NCBI GenBank assembly: GCA_035546115.1
Contig: DASZWV010000398.1
Location: 1 to 29,529 of the forward strand
Direction of reading: 5' to 3'
Source of the DNA: Phycisphaerales bacterium
GTDB lineage: Bacteria; Planctomycetota; Phycisphaerae; Phycisphaerales; UBA1924
DNA: 29,529 bases
Below the pieces are notes generated by a model. It was not told the origin of the DNA and searched no databases. It saw only the letters and a list, made by a program, of their open reading frames with translations. The first letter of the stretch is position 1. Each line of letters starts with the position of its first letter. Below, one piece after another: positions 8,608 through 17,012 of the stretch. The translations under genes were made by a program, and so were the position numbers.

Positions 8608-9453
8608 TTATTTGGATTTTGTACGATGAGCAAGCCAGGACAGAGCGATGCCCGCCGCCATGGCGACGTTCAGCGAATCCACTATCGGGTCGACCCGGTT
8701 CATCTCGATGCGGACTCGGCGGTGGCAGGCGGCCATGGCGGCGTCGGTCAGGCCGGCCCCCTCGGTGCCGAGGACCAACGCCACGCGAGTTTCGGGTTGG
8801 GTTGTGTGAAGGGGCTCGGCGTCGGGGTGGGGGGTGAGGGCCCAGGCTTCGAAGCCCGCCGCGGCGAGGGTGCCGAGATCATTTGGCCAGTTCGCGGCTC
8901 TGGCGAAGGGCACCGCCAGAGCGCACCCCATGGAGACTCGCAGGCTCTTGCGATACAGCGGGTCGGCGCAGCGCGGCGAGAGCAGCGCCCCGACCCCCGC
9001 ACCGCCGAGCGCGGCCGCGTTGCGGAAGATACCCCCGAGGTTGTCGTGGTTGGTGAGGTCTTCGAGAACGATCAGAGGGCCGGGACGTGCGAGCAGATCG
9101 GCAAGGGAGAGGTCCGGTCCTCGTCGGCCGATGGCGAGCAGGCCGCGGTGCATGTTGAAGCCGACGATGCTGTTGAGCAGGTCTGGCGGCGCGAGGAAGA
9201 TGGGGGCATTCCCTGCCTTGGATTCGAGATCAGGGCGGAGCGATTCGAGACGGGTGGGTGTCGTGAGCACGCTGTGCAAGTCGAAGCGGCTGCTGAGAAG
9301 GCGTCTGACGACGAGCTCACCCTCGGCGATGAAGAGCCCGCCGTGCGCATCCTCGTCGCGCGGGTCGGCTCGCTGGGCCAGTTCGGCGTCGCGCATGTTC
9401 GCGTATGGGGCGAGGCGGGGGTCGGCGAGGTCGTGGATGGGGATGAGGTTCAT
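8608..9453 (-). CDS. TrmH/SpoU family RNA 2'-O-methyltransferase
   Basis: FIAEG, EDLTNHDNLGGIFRNAAA, LRVSMG, LVLGTEGAGL, SLNVAMAAGI. Start set at ATG 9453. Confidence 0.92.
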   Translation of the reverse strand: MNLIPIHDLADPRLAPYANMRDAELAQRADPRDEDAHGGLFIAEGELVVRRLLSSRFDLHSVLTTPTRLESLRPDLESKAGNAPIFLAPPDLLNSIVGFNMHRGLLAIGRRGPDLSLADLLARPGPLIVLEDLTNHDNLGGIFRNAAALGGAGVGALLSPRCADPLYRKSLRVSMGCALAVPFARAANWPNDLGTLAAAGFEAWALTPHPDAEPLHTTQPETRVALVLGTEGAGLTDAAMAACHRRVRIEMNRVDPIVDSLNVAMAAGIALSWLAHRTKSK

Positions 9454-9470
9454 GCGGACGGCTGGGTACA

Positions 9471-9480
9471 AGTCTAAACT
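9471..9480. promoter_or_regulatory. Candidate bidirectional -10 element (TAAACT on +, TAGACT on -)
   Basis: AGTCTAAACT is an imperfect palindrome in a 32-bp gap between divergent genes. Confidence 0.5.
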
Positions 9481-9485
9481 GTCGC

Positions 9486-10157
9486 ATGAACAGCGCAGTG
9501 AAAACTCTTGCGATGGCGGCGATGGCGGCGTCCCTGTGTGCGTGTGACCGAACTCCGGCGCCCCCCTCGCCGACGGCCGGGCAGGGGATCAACAACCTGT
9601 CGGGGAATCCCACATCCATTTATGGGAAATCGGCGAAGCTCGGGAAGGACGCGGCGGCGGGGATCCAGGCGCAGCAGGACCGCGCGGCGAACGCGGCCAA
9701 CCAGATCATGGGTCAGGGGGCCAGCGAGCAGGTCGTGGGCGGGTTGAAGTTCGCGATCCCGGAGGGTTGGAAGAAGGGAACGCCGTCGAGCAGCATGATC
9801 GCGGCGAGCTACACAGTCCCGTCGGCGGGGAACGCGGTGTGCACGTTCACGACCGCGGGCGGGGATGTGGCGAGCAATATCGAACGGTGGAAGAAGCAGA
9901 TGACCGACGCCAGCGGGCAGCCGATCGAGGGCGAGGTGCAGCAGGAGACCGCTGGGGGCCTGCGGGTGACGATCTACAAGGCCACGGGCACCTTCAGCGG
10001 CGGGATGACGGGCTCGAAGCAGGCGAACACGGCCTTCCGCGGGGCGATCATCCAGGGGCCGGCGGAAATGGTGTTCGTGAAGCTCATCTGCCCGGCGGAT
10101 CATGCCGGCGAGGTTGATTCGGCGTGGCAGCAGATGGTGATGGGGTTTGGGCGGTGA
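9486..10157 (+). CDS. Conserved hypothetical lipoprotein
   Basis: Lipobox LCAC; FAIPEGWKK...SSMIAASY...GGDVASNIERWKKQM pattern resembles an uncharacterised family I recall from PVC bacteria. Confidence 0.8.
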   Translation: MNSAVKTLAMAAMAASLCACDRTPAPPSPTAGQGINNLSGNPTSIYGKSAKLGKDAAAGIQAQQDRAANAANQIMGQGASEQVVGGLKFAIPEGWKKGTPSSSMIAASYTVPSAGNAVCTFTTAGGDVASNIERWKKQMTDASGQPIEGEVQQETAGGLRVTIYKATGTFSGGMTGSKQANTAFRGAIIQGPAEMVFVKLICPADHAGEVDSAWQQMVMGFGR

Positions 10158-10195
10158 GGCAAGAAGACATCGGGGCGTAAAGGCGTGGAGTATGG

Positions 10196-10221
10196 AACCC
10201 CGATAGACGTCGGGGTTTTTC
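10196..10221 (+). terminator. Rho-independent terminator
   Basis: AACCCCGA-TAGACG-TCGGGGTT hairpin running into a T6 tract, ~40 nt after the lipoprotein stop. Confidence 0.7.
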
Positions 10222-10248
10222 GCTGCGCCCTGCCCTTGCTCATCCACC

Positions 10249-11181
10249 ATGCTCACCACCTGGCAAGCCGTCGTCCTTGGGCTCGTTGAAGGGATCACCG
10301 AGTACCTGCCGGTTTCTTCGACCGGTCATCTCGAGATCACGGCGGATCTGCTGAAGCTCAAGACCTCGCCGGAGGCGACGGCGGCGGTGAACACGTTCAA
10401 CATCGTGGTTCAGGGGGGCGCGATCCTGGCGGTGCTGGGGCTGTACTTCCCGCGGTTCGTGCAGATGGCGCGCGGGCTGGTGGGCAAGGACAACGCGGGG
10501 TTCAAGCTGCTGGTGAACATCGTGATCGCGTTTGTTCCCGCGGCGGTGGTGGGGGTGCTCTTCAACAAGATGATCGAGGAGCGGCTGTTCCGGCCCGGGC
10601 CGGTGGTGCTGGCGTTCATCGCGGGCGGGATCTACATGGTCATCGTGGAGGCGAGGCGGAGCGGGAGGCTGGGATCGCCCAAGTGGGGCTATGACCGGGG
10701 CTCGACGGTGGACGATCTCACGCCGGGGCAGGCGCTGATGATCGGGGTGATGCAGATCCTGGCGATGTGGCCGGGGACGAGCCGGTCGATGATGACGATC
10801 ACGGGCGGGTACTTCGCGAGGCTGCGGCCCGCGGCGGCGGCGGAGTTCTCGTTCCTGCTGGGAATGCCGACGCTCCTGGCGGCGACGCTCTTCAAGCTCT
10901 TCAAGGACTGGAAGCACACGCACGAGGCGGGGCAGCCGTCGTTTGTGACGACGCTGGGCGCGGGGCCGGTGGTGGTCGGGATCATCGTGGCGGCGATCTC
11001 GGCGATGATCGCGGTGCGGTGGCTGGTGGGTTTCCTGAACCGTCGCGGGCTGACGGCGTTCGGGGTGTACCGCATCCTGGTGGGGATCGCGCTGATCGGG
11101 CTGATTCTCGGACACATCGTGACGATCGAGCCGGAAACCAGGATGGGTGACTCGGCCTCGCCCGCGAAAGCACCGAAATAG
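10249..11181 (+). CDS. uppP: Undecaprenyl-diphosphate phosphatase
   Basis: LGLVEGITEYLPVSSTGH, QGGAILAV, PGTSRS, AEFSFLLG; multi-TM. Confidence 0.96.
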   Translation: MLTTWQAVVLGLVEGITEYLPVSSTGHLEITADLLKLKTSPEATAAVNTFNIVVQGGAILAVLGLYFPRFVQMARGLVGKDNAGFKLLVNIVIAFVPAAVVGVLFNKMIEERLFRPGPVVLAFIAGGIYMVIVEARRSGRLGSPKWGYDRGSTVDDLTPGQALMIGVMQILAMWPGTSRSMMTITGGYFARLRPAAAAEFSFLLGMPTLLAATLFKLFKDWKHTHEAGQPSFVTTLGAGPVVVGIIVAAISAMIAVRWLVGFLNRRGLTAFGVYRILVGIALIGLILGHIVTIEPETRMGDSASPAKAPK

Positions 11182-11189
11182 CCTTTCCC

Positions 11190-12470
11190 ATGCCCACGAA
11201 GACGTCATTCCCGAAGGACAAGATCCGCGTCGTGCTGCTCGAGAACATCCACCCGCGCGCGGCGGAGCTGTTCGAGGAGGAGGGATTCAGGGTCGAGCGG
11301 GTTCCCAAGGCGCACGAGGGGGCGAGGCTCGTGGAGATCGCGAGCGATGCGCACGTGCTGGGGATCCGGTCGCAGTCGCAGGTGCGTGCGCCGGAGTTCA
11401 AGGCGTGGCACCGGATGCTGAGCGTCGGGTGCTTCTGCATCGGCACGAACCAGGTGGACACGAGGGCGGCGTGCCTGGCGGGCGTGCCGGTGTTCAACTC
11501 GCCGTTCAGCAACACGCGCTCGGTGGCGGAGCTGACGATCGCGGAGATCGTCGCGCTGCATCGGCGGCTGGCCGACAAGAGCGCGCAGCTGCACGAGGGC
11601 AGGTGGGACAAGTCGGCGACGGGGGCGCACGAGGTGCGCGGGCGGACGCTCGGGATCGTGGGGTACGGGCGGATCGGCTCGCAGGTGAGCGTGCTGGCCG
11701 AGGCGATGGGGATGCGGGTGGTGTACTACGACATCGCGAGCGTGCTGCCGATGGGCAACGCGCGACCGGTGAAGACCCTCGACGACCTGCTGGCGCAGGC
11801 GGATGTGGTGACCCTGCACGTGCCGGCGACCAAGAAGACCGAGCGGATGATCGCGGCGGGGCAGATCGCGAGGATGCGCGAGGGGTCGTACCTGATCAAC
11901 AACGCGCGCGGGAGCGTGGTGGATATTCCGGCGCTCGCGGCGGGAATCAAGGGCGGGCGGATCGCGGGTGCGGCGCTCGACGTGTTTCCCAAGGAGCCCT
12001 CGAGCAACGCGGAGGCGTTCGCGAGCGAGATCCGGGGGCTGGCGAATGTGATTCTGACGCCGCACATCGGCGGCTCGACGGAGGAGGCGCAGGCGGCGAT
12101 CGCGGAGGATGTGGCGACGAAGCTGATCCGGTTTGTCAACAACGGCTCGACGACGGGCGCGGTGAACGTGCCGCAGGTGGACCTGCCGGAGCAGGACGAG
12201 GTGGGGGCCGTGGAGGACGGCGCGGGGGAGCGGCGGGCGCCCAAGCACAGGCACCACCGCATCCTGCACTTTCACCGGAACGTGCCGGGCGTGCTGAGCA
12301 AGATCAACACGGTGATGGCGGAGCTGGGCGTGAACATCGCCGGGCAGTATCTCAAGACCAACGAGGATGTCGGATACGTGGTGCTGGACGTTGCGCCGAC
12401 CAACGCGGACCAGATCAGCGACCGGCTGAAGGCGATCCCGGAGACCATCCGGGTGCGGATGCTGTGGTGA
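11190..12470 (+). CDS. serA: D-3-phosphoglycerate dehydrogenase with C-terminal ACT domain
   Basis: GIRS, FCIGTNQVD, NSPFSNTRSVAE, GYGRIG, INNARG, LTPHIGGST, ACT HRNVPGVL. Confidence 0.95.
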   Translation: MPTKTSFPKDKIRVVLLENIHPRAAELFEEEGFRVERVPKAHEGARLVEIASDAHVLGIRSQSQVRAPEFKAWHRMLSVGCFCIGTNQVDTRAACLAGVPVFNSPFSNTRSVAELTIAEIVALHRRLADKSAQLHEGRWDKSATGAHEVRGRTLGIVGYGRIGSQVSVLAEAMGMRVVYYDIASVLPMGNARPVKTLDDLLAQADVVTLHVPATKKTERMIAAGQIARMREGSYLINNARGSVVDIPALAAGIKGGRIAGAALDVFPKEPSSNAEAFASEIRGLANVILTPHIGGSTEEAQAAIAEDVATKLIRFVNNGSTTGAVNVPQVDLPEQDEVGAVEDGAGERRAPKHRHHRILHFHRNVPGVLSKINTVMAELGVNIAGQYLKTNEDVGYVVLDVAPTNADQISDRLKAIPETIRVRMLW

Positions 12471-12482
12471 GCGCGCGAAGAA

Positions 12483-13070
12483 TCAATCGGGATTCGACGG
12501 GCGCGGCGTGGTCGCGCCGTTGGGCTGGCTGTGGTTCACGTCCGTGCTGTCGACGGTGATGTCGTCGGAGGTTCCCGCCTTGCCGTCGGGGCCGTCGCTG
12601 GCGATCTGGAACTCGTTGTTCTTCTTGGCGACGAGGTGGTAGGGGTGGCCCCAAGGGTCCTGGAGTTGGTGGGAGCGCACGCCCGGCAGAGACTTGAGGT
12701 CGGGGGGCATCGGGTTGCCGTTGTCGAGTTGGTCTTGCACGTCCCGCGCCAGGACCAGCATGTCCATGGTCGCTTTGGCGGGCTTGAGCGCGGTTCCGAT
12801 GCCGACGGCCGCGCCGATGGTGGCCAGGCCGATGAAGAACACCGCGATGATCGCCAAGATCGAGCCGATGAGGCCGAGAACGACCCCCGCGATGGCGAAG
12901 CCGCGCGGGGCTTTGAACATGGCGATGAACGAGAGGAGCAGTCCGATGGGCGAGAGCAGGCCGCAGGTGCCGAGCAGGCCCAGAAGGGAGACGATAAAGC
13001 CCGCGATGCCGAGACCGTTGGTTCGCCCGACCTGCTGCACCACCACGACGGGTCCCGGTTGCTGGCTCAT
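12483..13070 (-). CDS. Membrane protein: DUF4190-like TM region fused to GspG-like (T2SS pseudopilin) head
   Basis: TNGLGIAGFIVSLLG...RGFAIAGVVLG, then DPWGHPY...IASDGPDGKAGTSDDI. Confidence 0.75.
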   Translation of the reverse strand: MSQQPGPVVVVQQVGRTNGLGIAGFIVSLLGLLGTCGLLSPIGLLLSFIAMFKAPRGFAIAGVVLGLIGSILAIIAVFFIGLATIGAAVGIGTALKPAKATMDMLVLARDVQDQLDNGNPMPPDLKSLPGVRSHQLQDPWGHPYHLVAKKNNEFQIASDGPDGKAGTSDDITVDSTDVNHSQPNGATTPRPSNPD

Positions 13071-13115
13071 GGAATGAGTGTACCAGAAACCGGGCTGACC
13101 CGGAGGATCGGAAGT

Positions 13116-14177
13116 TCAGACTTCCAGCGTGACGGCGAGGGCGTCCGGAGCCATCGCGGCCTGCATGGCGGCGACGGCGTCCTCGAAGCGGGCCCGGCGC
13201 GTAACGAGGCTCAGCACGTCGATGGAATCTTCGCCGAGCATGCGGAGGGCGTCGGGGATGGGGCCGTCGCGCGAGCCGACGATCTGGACTTCGTTCACGA
13301 TCGCCGGGGTGAGGTCCACGGGCGTGCTCCATGCGGAGCCGGCGGCGACCTCGGGGAGGGGCTGGCCCGGCGGGAAGGGCGCGAGGCCGAGCGGGCTCTT
13401 GAGCAGGACGATGCCGCGGGGGCGGACGAGTTGCAGGGCCAGTCGCAGGCCCGTGCTGGAGCCGGTGCAGTCGACGACGACGTCCTGGTCCTGGCGGCGG
13501 CCGGGCTCCTCGATGGCGCGGTGTTTGATGCCCCACTTCTCGCAGAGCTTCTGGCGCTCGGGGTGGGACGAGAGGACGCGGACGGTCTTGTTCATCCGCG
13601 CGAGGGCCTGGGCGGTGAGCAGGGCGAGGACGCCGTCTCCGAGCACGGTGATGAAGGAGGCGTGCTGGCCGCGGAGCATGTTCACCGCGTGCAGCGCGCC
13701 CGAGAGCACGTGGGCGAAGACGGCCTTGTCGTCGTTGACCGAGTCGCCGACCTGGGAGAGGCTGAGCAGGGGCGCGGCGAAGGCGTCGGCGAAGCAGCCG
13801 TCGCGCTCGAAGACGCCCATGACGCGCCGGACGCGGCAGTGGATGGCGAGGCCGTGGCGGCAGAGGTCGCACGAGCCGCAGGAGTGGGTGGGGCATCCGA
13901 CGATGCGCCGGCCGACCCAGGACTTGCGGGCGGCCAGGAGCGGACCGGCGTCGGCGGGGAGGTTGATCTTCTTGATGATGCCGACGAACTGGCTGCCGAG
14001 GACGCCCTGGAAGGGCCTGGTTTCTGGGGATCCGGAAATGAGCCCGGCGGCGCACAGGTCGGCGGGAGAGATCAGCAGGCGCGTGGGCCTGATGATGGCC
14101 TCGCCCGGCGGGCAGGCGGGCTCGGGAAGCTCGGCGGAGAGCTTCATGGTTCCGTTGTCGATGCGAAGGGCGCGCAC
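13116..14177 (-). CDS. MDR/Zn-dependent alcohol dehydrogenase family protein with degenerate catalytic Zn site
   Basis: Structural Zn CGSCDLCRHGLAIHC intact; DVVVDCTG; Rossmann GDGVLA; CxxD replaced by SPAD and GHE by GSQ. GTG start. Confidence 0.85.
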   Translation of the reverse strand: MRALRIDNGTMKLSAELPEPACPPGEAIIRPTRLLISPADLCAAGLISGSPETRPFQGVLGSQFVGIIKKINLPADAGPLLAARKSWVGRRIVGCPTHSCGSCDLCRHGLAIHCRVRRVMGVFERDGCFADAFAAPLLSLSQVGDSVNDDKAVFAHVLSGALHAVNMLRGQHASFITVLGDGVLALLTAQALARMNKTVRVLSSHPERQKLCEKWGIKHRAIEEPGRRQDQDVVVDCTGSSTGLRLALQLVRPRGIVLLKSPLGLAPFPPGQPLPEVAAGSAWSTPVDLTPAIVNEVQIVGSRDGPIPDALRMLGEDSIDVLSLVTRRARFEDAVAAMQAAMAPDALAVTLEV

Positions 14178-14271
14178 GGTAGAGAGTCATCGGCGCGCCG
14201 CGGCGGCGGGTGAACGGGGCGGGGGCGTTGGGGGGTTGGAGGGGCGGGCCCGGGTTCGGGTTCTCGGACGC

Positions 14272-15165
14272 TCAGCCGCCCTTCTTGGGAGTGGGGGGGG
14301 TTGGGGGGGTGGCGGCGGCCTCGGAGCGGCCGGACTCTTCGAGGGAGAAGCCCACGGGGGTGGAGGCGGTCTCGTTCGGGACGGCCGGCATGAAGGGGAC
14401 GTAGTCGAGCCAGCGCTTCTCGCGCCAGAAGACCGGGTAGATGTAGGGTCGCTGGCCGGCGAAGTGCTGGCTGTTCGACTTGGACCAGGTGACCCACGCC
14501 TTGCGATCCGCCGGCAGGTCGTCGTTCCCGGTGAGCGTGCGGAGCGAGTCGTGGGCGTTCTTGTTCACCAGCAGGCTGGGGTCGGCGAGGGCGGCGATGA
14601 GCGCCTGGAAGGCGGAGCTGTCGGCGTATTGGCCAAGGGCGCTCGCGGCCTCGGCGCGGATGTCGGCCTCCGGCTCCTTGTCGATGTTCAGGCGATCGAC
14701 CAGCGCGGGGACGGCGACCGGGTTGTGCAGGCGCTGGAGGGCCCGCGTGGCCTCCAGGCGGACGAGCACCGCATCGGACCGGGTCAGGGGGACGATCCGC
14801 GGGACGTCCTCGGAGCCTCCGTGCAGGGCGAGGGCCCGGCAGGCGATCGCCCGAACCGGGGCGTTGTCATCCTTGAGGCGCTCGCGGTACATATTGACGT
14901 AGACGTCGGCTCCGCCGAAGGGGGCGTTGGCAAGGATGTTCATGCCGCGGGCGCGCTTGTCGGCGTCGTAGGGGTCGGCTGCCCAGGCCGCGGCGTCGGC
15001 GGGGGACATCTGCTTGAAGAACGGAGCCAAGATACTCTCGTTCTTGGCCATCTCGGCCCGCTCGTTGGTCGAAAAACATCCTCCGAGGGCAAGGCATGCG
15101 ATAGCGCCGCCGAAAGCGGCGAATAGAAAGGCCCGTCGATGATGCGACGTGAACCAACGAATCAT
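14272..15165 (-). CDS. HEAT-repeat lipoprotein, possible Tat substrate
   Basis: HRRAFL motif, lipobox LGGC, repeats VRAIACRALA / VRLEATRALQ / IRAEAASALG / VNKNAHDSLR. Start set at ATG 15165. Confidence 0.82.
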   Translation of the reverse strand: MIRWFTSHHRRAFLFAAFGGAIACLALGGCFSTNERAEMAKNESILAPFFKQMSPADAAAWAADPYDADKRARGMNILANAPFGGADVYVNMYRERLKDDNAPVRAIACRALALHGGSEDVPRIVPLTRSDAVLVRLEATRALQRLHNPVAVPALVDRLNIDKEPEADIRAEAASALGQYADSSAFQALIAALADPSLLVNKNAHDSLRTLTGNDDLPADRKAWVTWSKSNSQHFAGQRPYIYPVFWREKRWLDYVPFMPAVPNETASTPVGFSLEESGRSEAAATPPTPPTPKKGG

Positions 15166-15243
15166 GAACAGACAGTTTATCGGCCCAGACGGGAACACCT
15201 AATGACCAGCCGCGTATATCCCCGAAACAAGGGGTCGATGATC

Positions 15244-16101
15244 ATGGCCTCGATTCGCGTGCTTGCGGTGGTGTTCATTGGGGGCTCGCTGGCGATCCAT
15301 TTCGGGTGCGAGGGGCAGACGAAGACGGAGCCGCTGAAGCCGGCGCCGAAGATCGGCGAGGCGCCGTTCAAGCCTCCGGCGCGCAACGTGGGGGCGAAGG
15401 CCGTGAATCCGCCCGCCGCGAGCGCGGGAGCGCGCGGCGTGCCGTCGCCGGCTCCGGCGGCGCCGCTCATGGCGGAAAAGTTCGCAGCGCACACGCCGCA
15501 GACGCTGACGTACGAGACGGACAAGTCGACGCCGCTGATCGCCGTGCAGGAGGCGGTGCCGACGTGCCACTGCGCCGGGCAGAAGTGGTGGGTGCGCTAC
15601 TACGCGGGCGACACGAGCGCGCCGGCGGAGCGCGAGGTGCACATGACGATCGACCAGAACGGGTCCATCGCGGAGATGGAGGAGATCGACCGCGTGGACA
15701 AGGTGGAGGTGGTGTACACGCCGCCGCTGGTGCTGATCCCCGACAAGCTCCCGCCGAAGGCGGTGAACGACGCCATCTACCGGCAGGACGTGAAGATGGT
15801 GGTGCACCCGCTGGGCGACCGGACGAAGATCAAGGCGCACGGACCGGCGAAGAACGAGATCGTGTTCGAGGGCGACGAGGTGGTGCACACCGGGGCGGGC
15901 GACTACACGGCGCACCGGATCACGGCGACGCTGACCGCGGAGCTCTCGGCGGCGAAGACGGTGGACACCACCGAGACGTGGCTGGTGGATGGAATCGGGA
16001 CCGTGATCCAGCGCGATCACGAGGAGACGCGGGTGATGGGGGCCAGGATCCGCGACAACACCTCGACGCTCATCCTCAGATCGTTCGAGCAGACGAAATG
16101 A
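15244..16101 (+). CDS. Hypothetical lipoprotein with beta-rich C-terminal domain
   Basis: Lipobox HFGC, Pro/Ala linker, strong GC3 bias. Start ATG 15244 (AAGGGG upstream); 15238 also possible. Confidence 0.75.
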   Translation: MASIRVLAVVFIGGSLAIHFGCEGQTKTEPLKPAPKIGEAPFKPPARNVGAKAVNPPAASAGARGVPSPAPAAPLMAEKFAAHTPQTLTYETDKSTPLIAVQEAVPTCHCAGQKWWVRYYAGDTSAPAEREVHMTIDQNGSIAEMEEIDRVDKVEVVYTPPLVLIPDKLPPKAVNDAIYRQDVKMVVHPLGDRTKIKAHGPAKNEIVFEGDEVVHTGAGDYTAHRITATLTAELSAAKTVDTTETWLVDGIGTVIQRDHEETRVMGARIRDNTSTLILRSFEQTK

Positions 16102-16104
16102 GCA

Positions 16105-16950
16105 TCACATCGCGTGCTCGTCCGCGGGCCGAAGGGCCACGGGCGCGTGGAGGATCTCCGAGAGGACGATCGCCCTGCGCCACTCCGCGGCGGATGTCGA
16201 GCCGCCGACGCGGCTGAGGGCGGCGCCGACGACGGCCTGGCGCGCCGCCGTTGCGGCGGCCTTTGCGACGGGGGCGGATTGATAGGCGTTGGGCGTGGAG
16301 GCCGGCGCGGTCTCGCGGGCGCTTCGGTCGGCGGCGTCGCGGAGAGTCTTCTGCTCTTCGAGCACCTGGCGCCGCGCATCGGCCTCGCGCTCGGCGCGGC
16401 GCTTGGTCTCGGCCTGCTGCTTGCGGCGGAGGTTTTCCTCGGCGAAGGTGCGGGGCGGGGTGATGACGTTGCGCTGGGCCTGCGAGATGGGCGCCGGGCG
16501 CATGGTGGGCGGGGCCGGGCGCTGGGGCATCGGCCGGGGAAGCGGGCGAGCCTGGGGAGGCGTGGGAGGGGCGAGCATGGATCCGCCCGTCGCCGCCTTG
16601 CCCTGCTGGGCGCGGCGCATCATCTCGGCGAGCTCGCGCCGGCGGCGCTCGGCGAGTTCCTGGAGCTTCCTGCGGGCGTCTTCGGCGGTGGACGGCCGCA
16701 TGGTGGGGGAGGCGACGTTGGGCAGGGCGGGAGGCGCATCGGGTCGGCCGGTGCGGAGGACCTGCTCGTCGCGCATCTGGCGGCGGAGCTCGGTGTCGCG
16801 CTTGGCGCGGGCTTCCTTGGCCTTTCGCACGACCGTCGCGATGCCCGCCAGCGCAAAGAAGAGCGCCCAGAACAGCACCTTGATGGTGCCGGCGTTGATC
16901 CAGCCGCCGCTTCCACCCGAAGACCCGTATTGGGCAAGCGTCTCGAGCAT
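16105..16950 (-). CDS. Single-pass membrane protein with coiled-coil/Pro-rich tail and C-terminal RRAIVLSEIL motif
   Basis: TM VLFWALFFALAGIATVV, charged helices. Start ATG 16950 preceded by TACCAT box. Confidence 0.75.
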   Translation of the reverse strand: MLETLAQYGSSGGSGGWINAGTIKVLFWALFFALAGIATVVRKAKEARAKRDTELRRQMRDEQVLRTGRPDAPPALPNVASPTMRPSTAEDARRKLQELAERRRRELAEMMRRAQQGKAATGGSMLAPPTPPQARPLPRPMPQRPAPPTMRPAPISQAQRNVITPPRTFAEENLRRKQQAETKRRAEREADARRQVLEEQKTLRDAADRSARETAPASTPNAYQSAPVAKAAATAARQAVVGAALSRVGGSTSAAEWRRAIVLSEILHAPVALRPADEHAM

Positions 16951-17012
16951 CGTCTGATGGTATCGGCGACCGGGTCGGCAAGACGGCACCGATCGGCGAG
17001 GCGTGGGACGGC

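Noticed and set aside
8463-8633. N-terminal extensions in track ORFs (also 1562-1672, 3859-4104, 15139-15243, 15166-15198, 25566-25622)
   Set aside because: Downstream starts have SD or -10 support and place signal peptides or domains at the N-terminus.
5373-9453. Two SpoU methyltransferases as a special RNA-modification system
   Set aside because: Both are ordinary widespread families, separated by unrelated genes.
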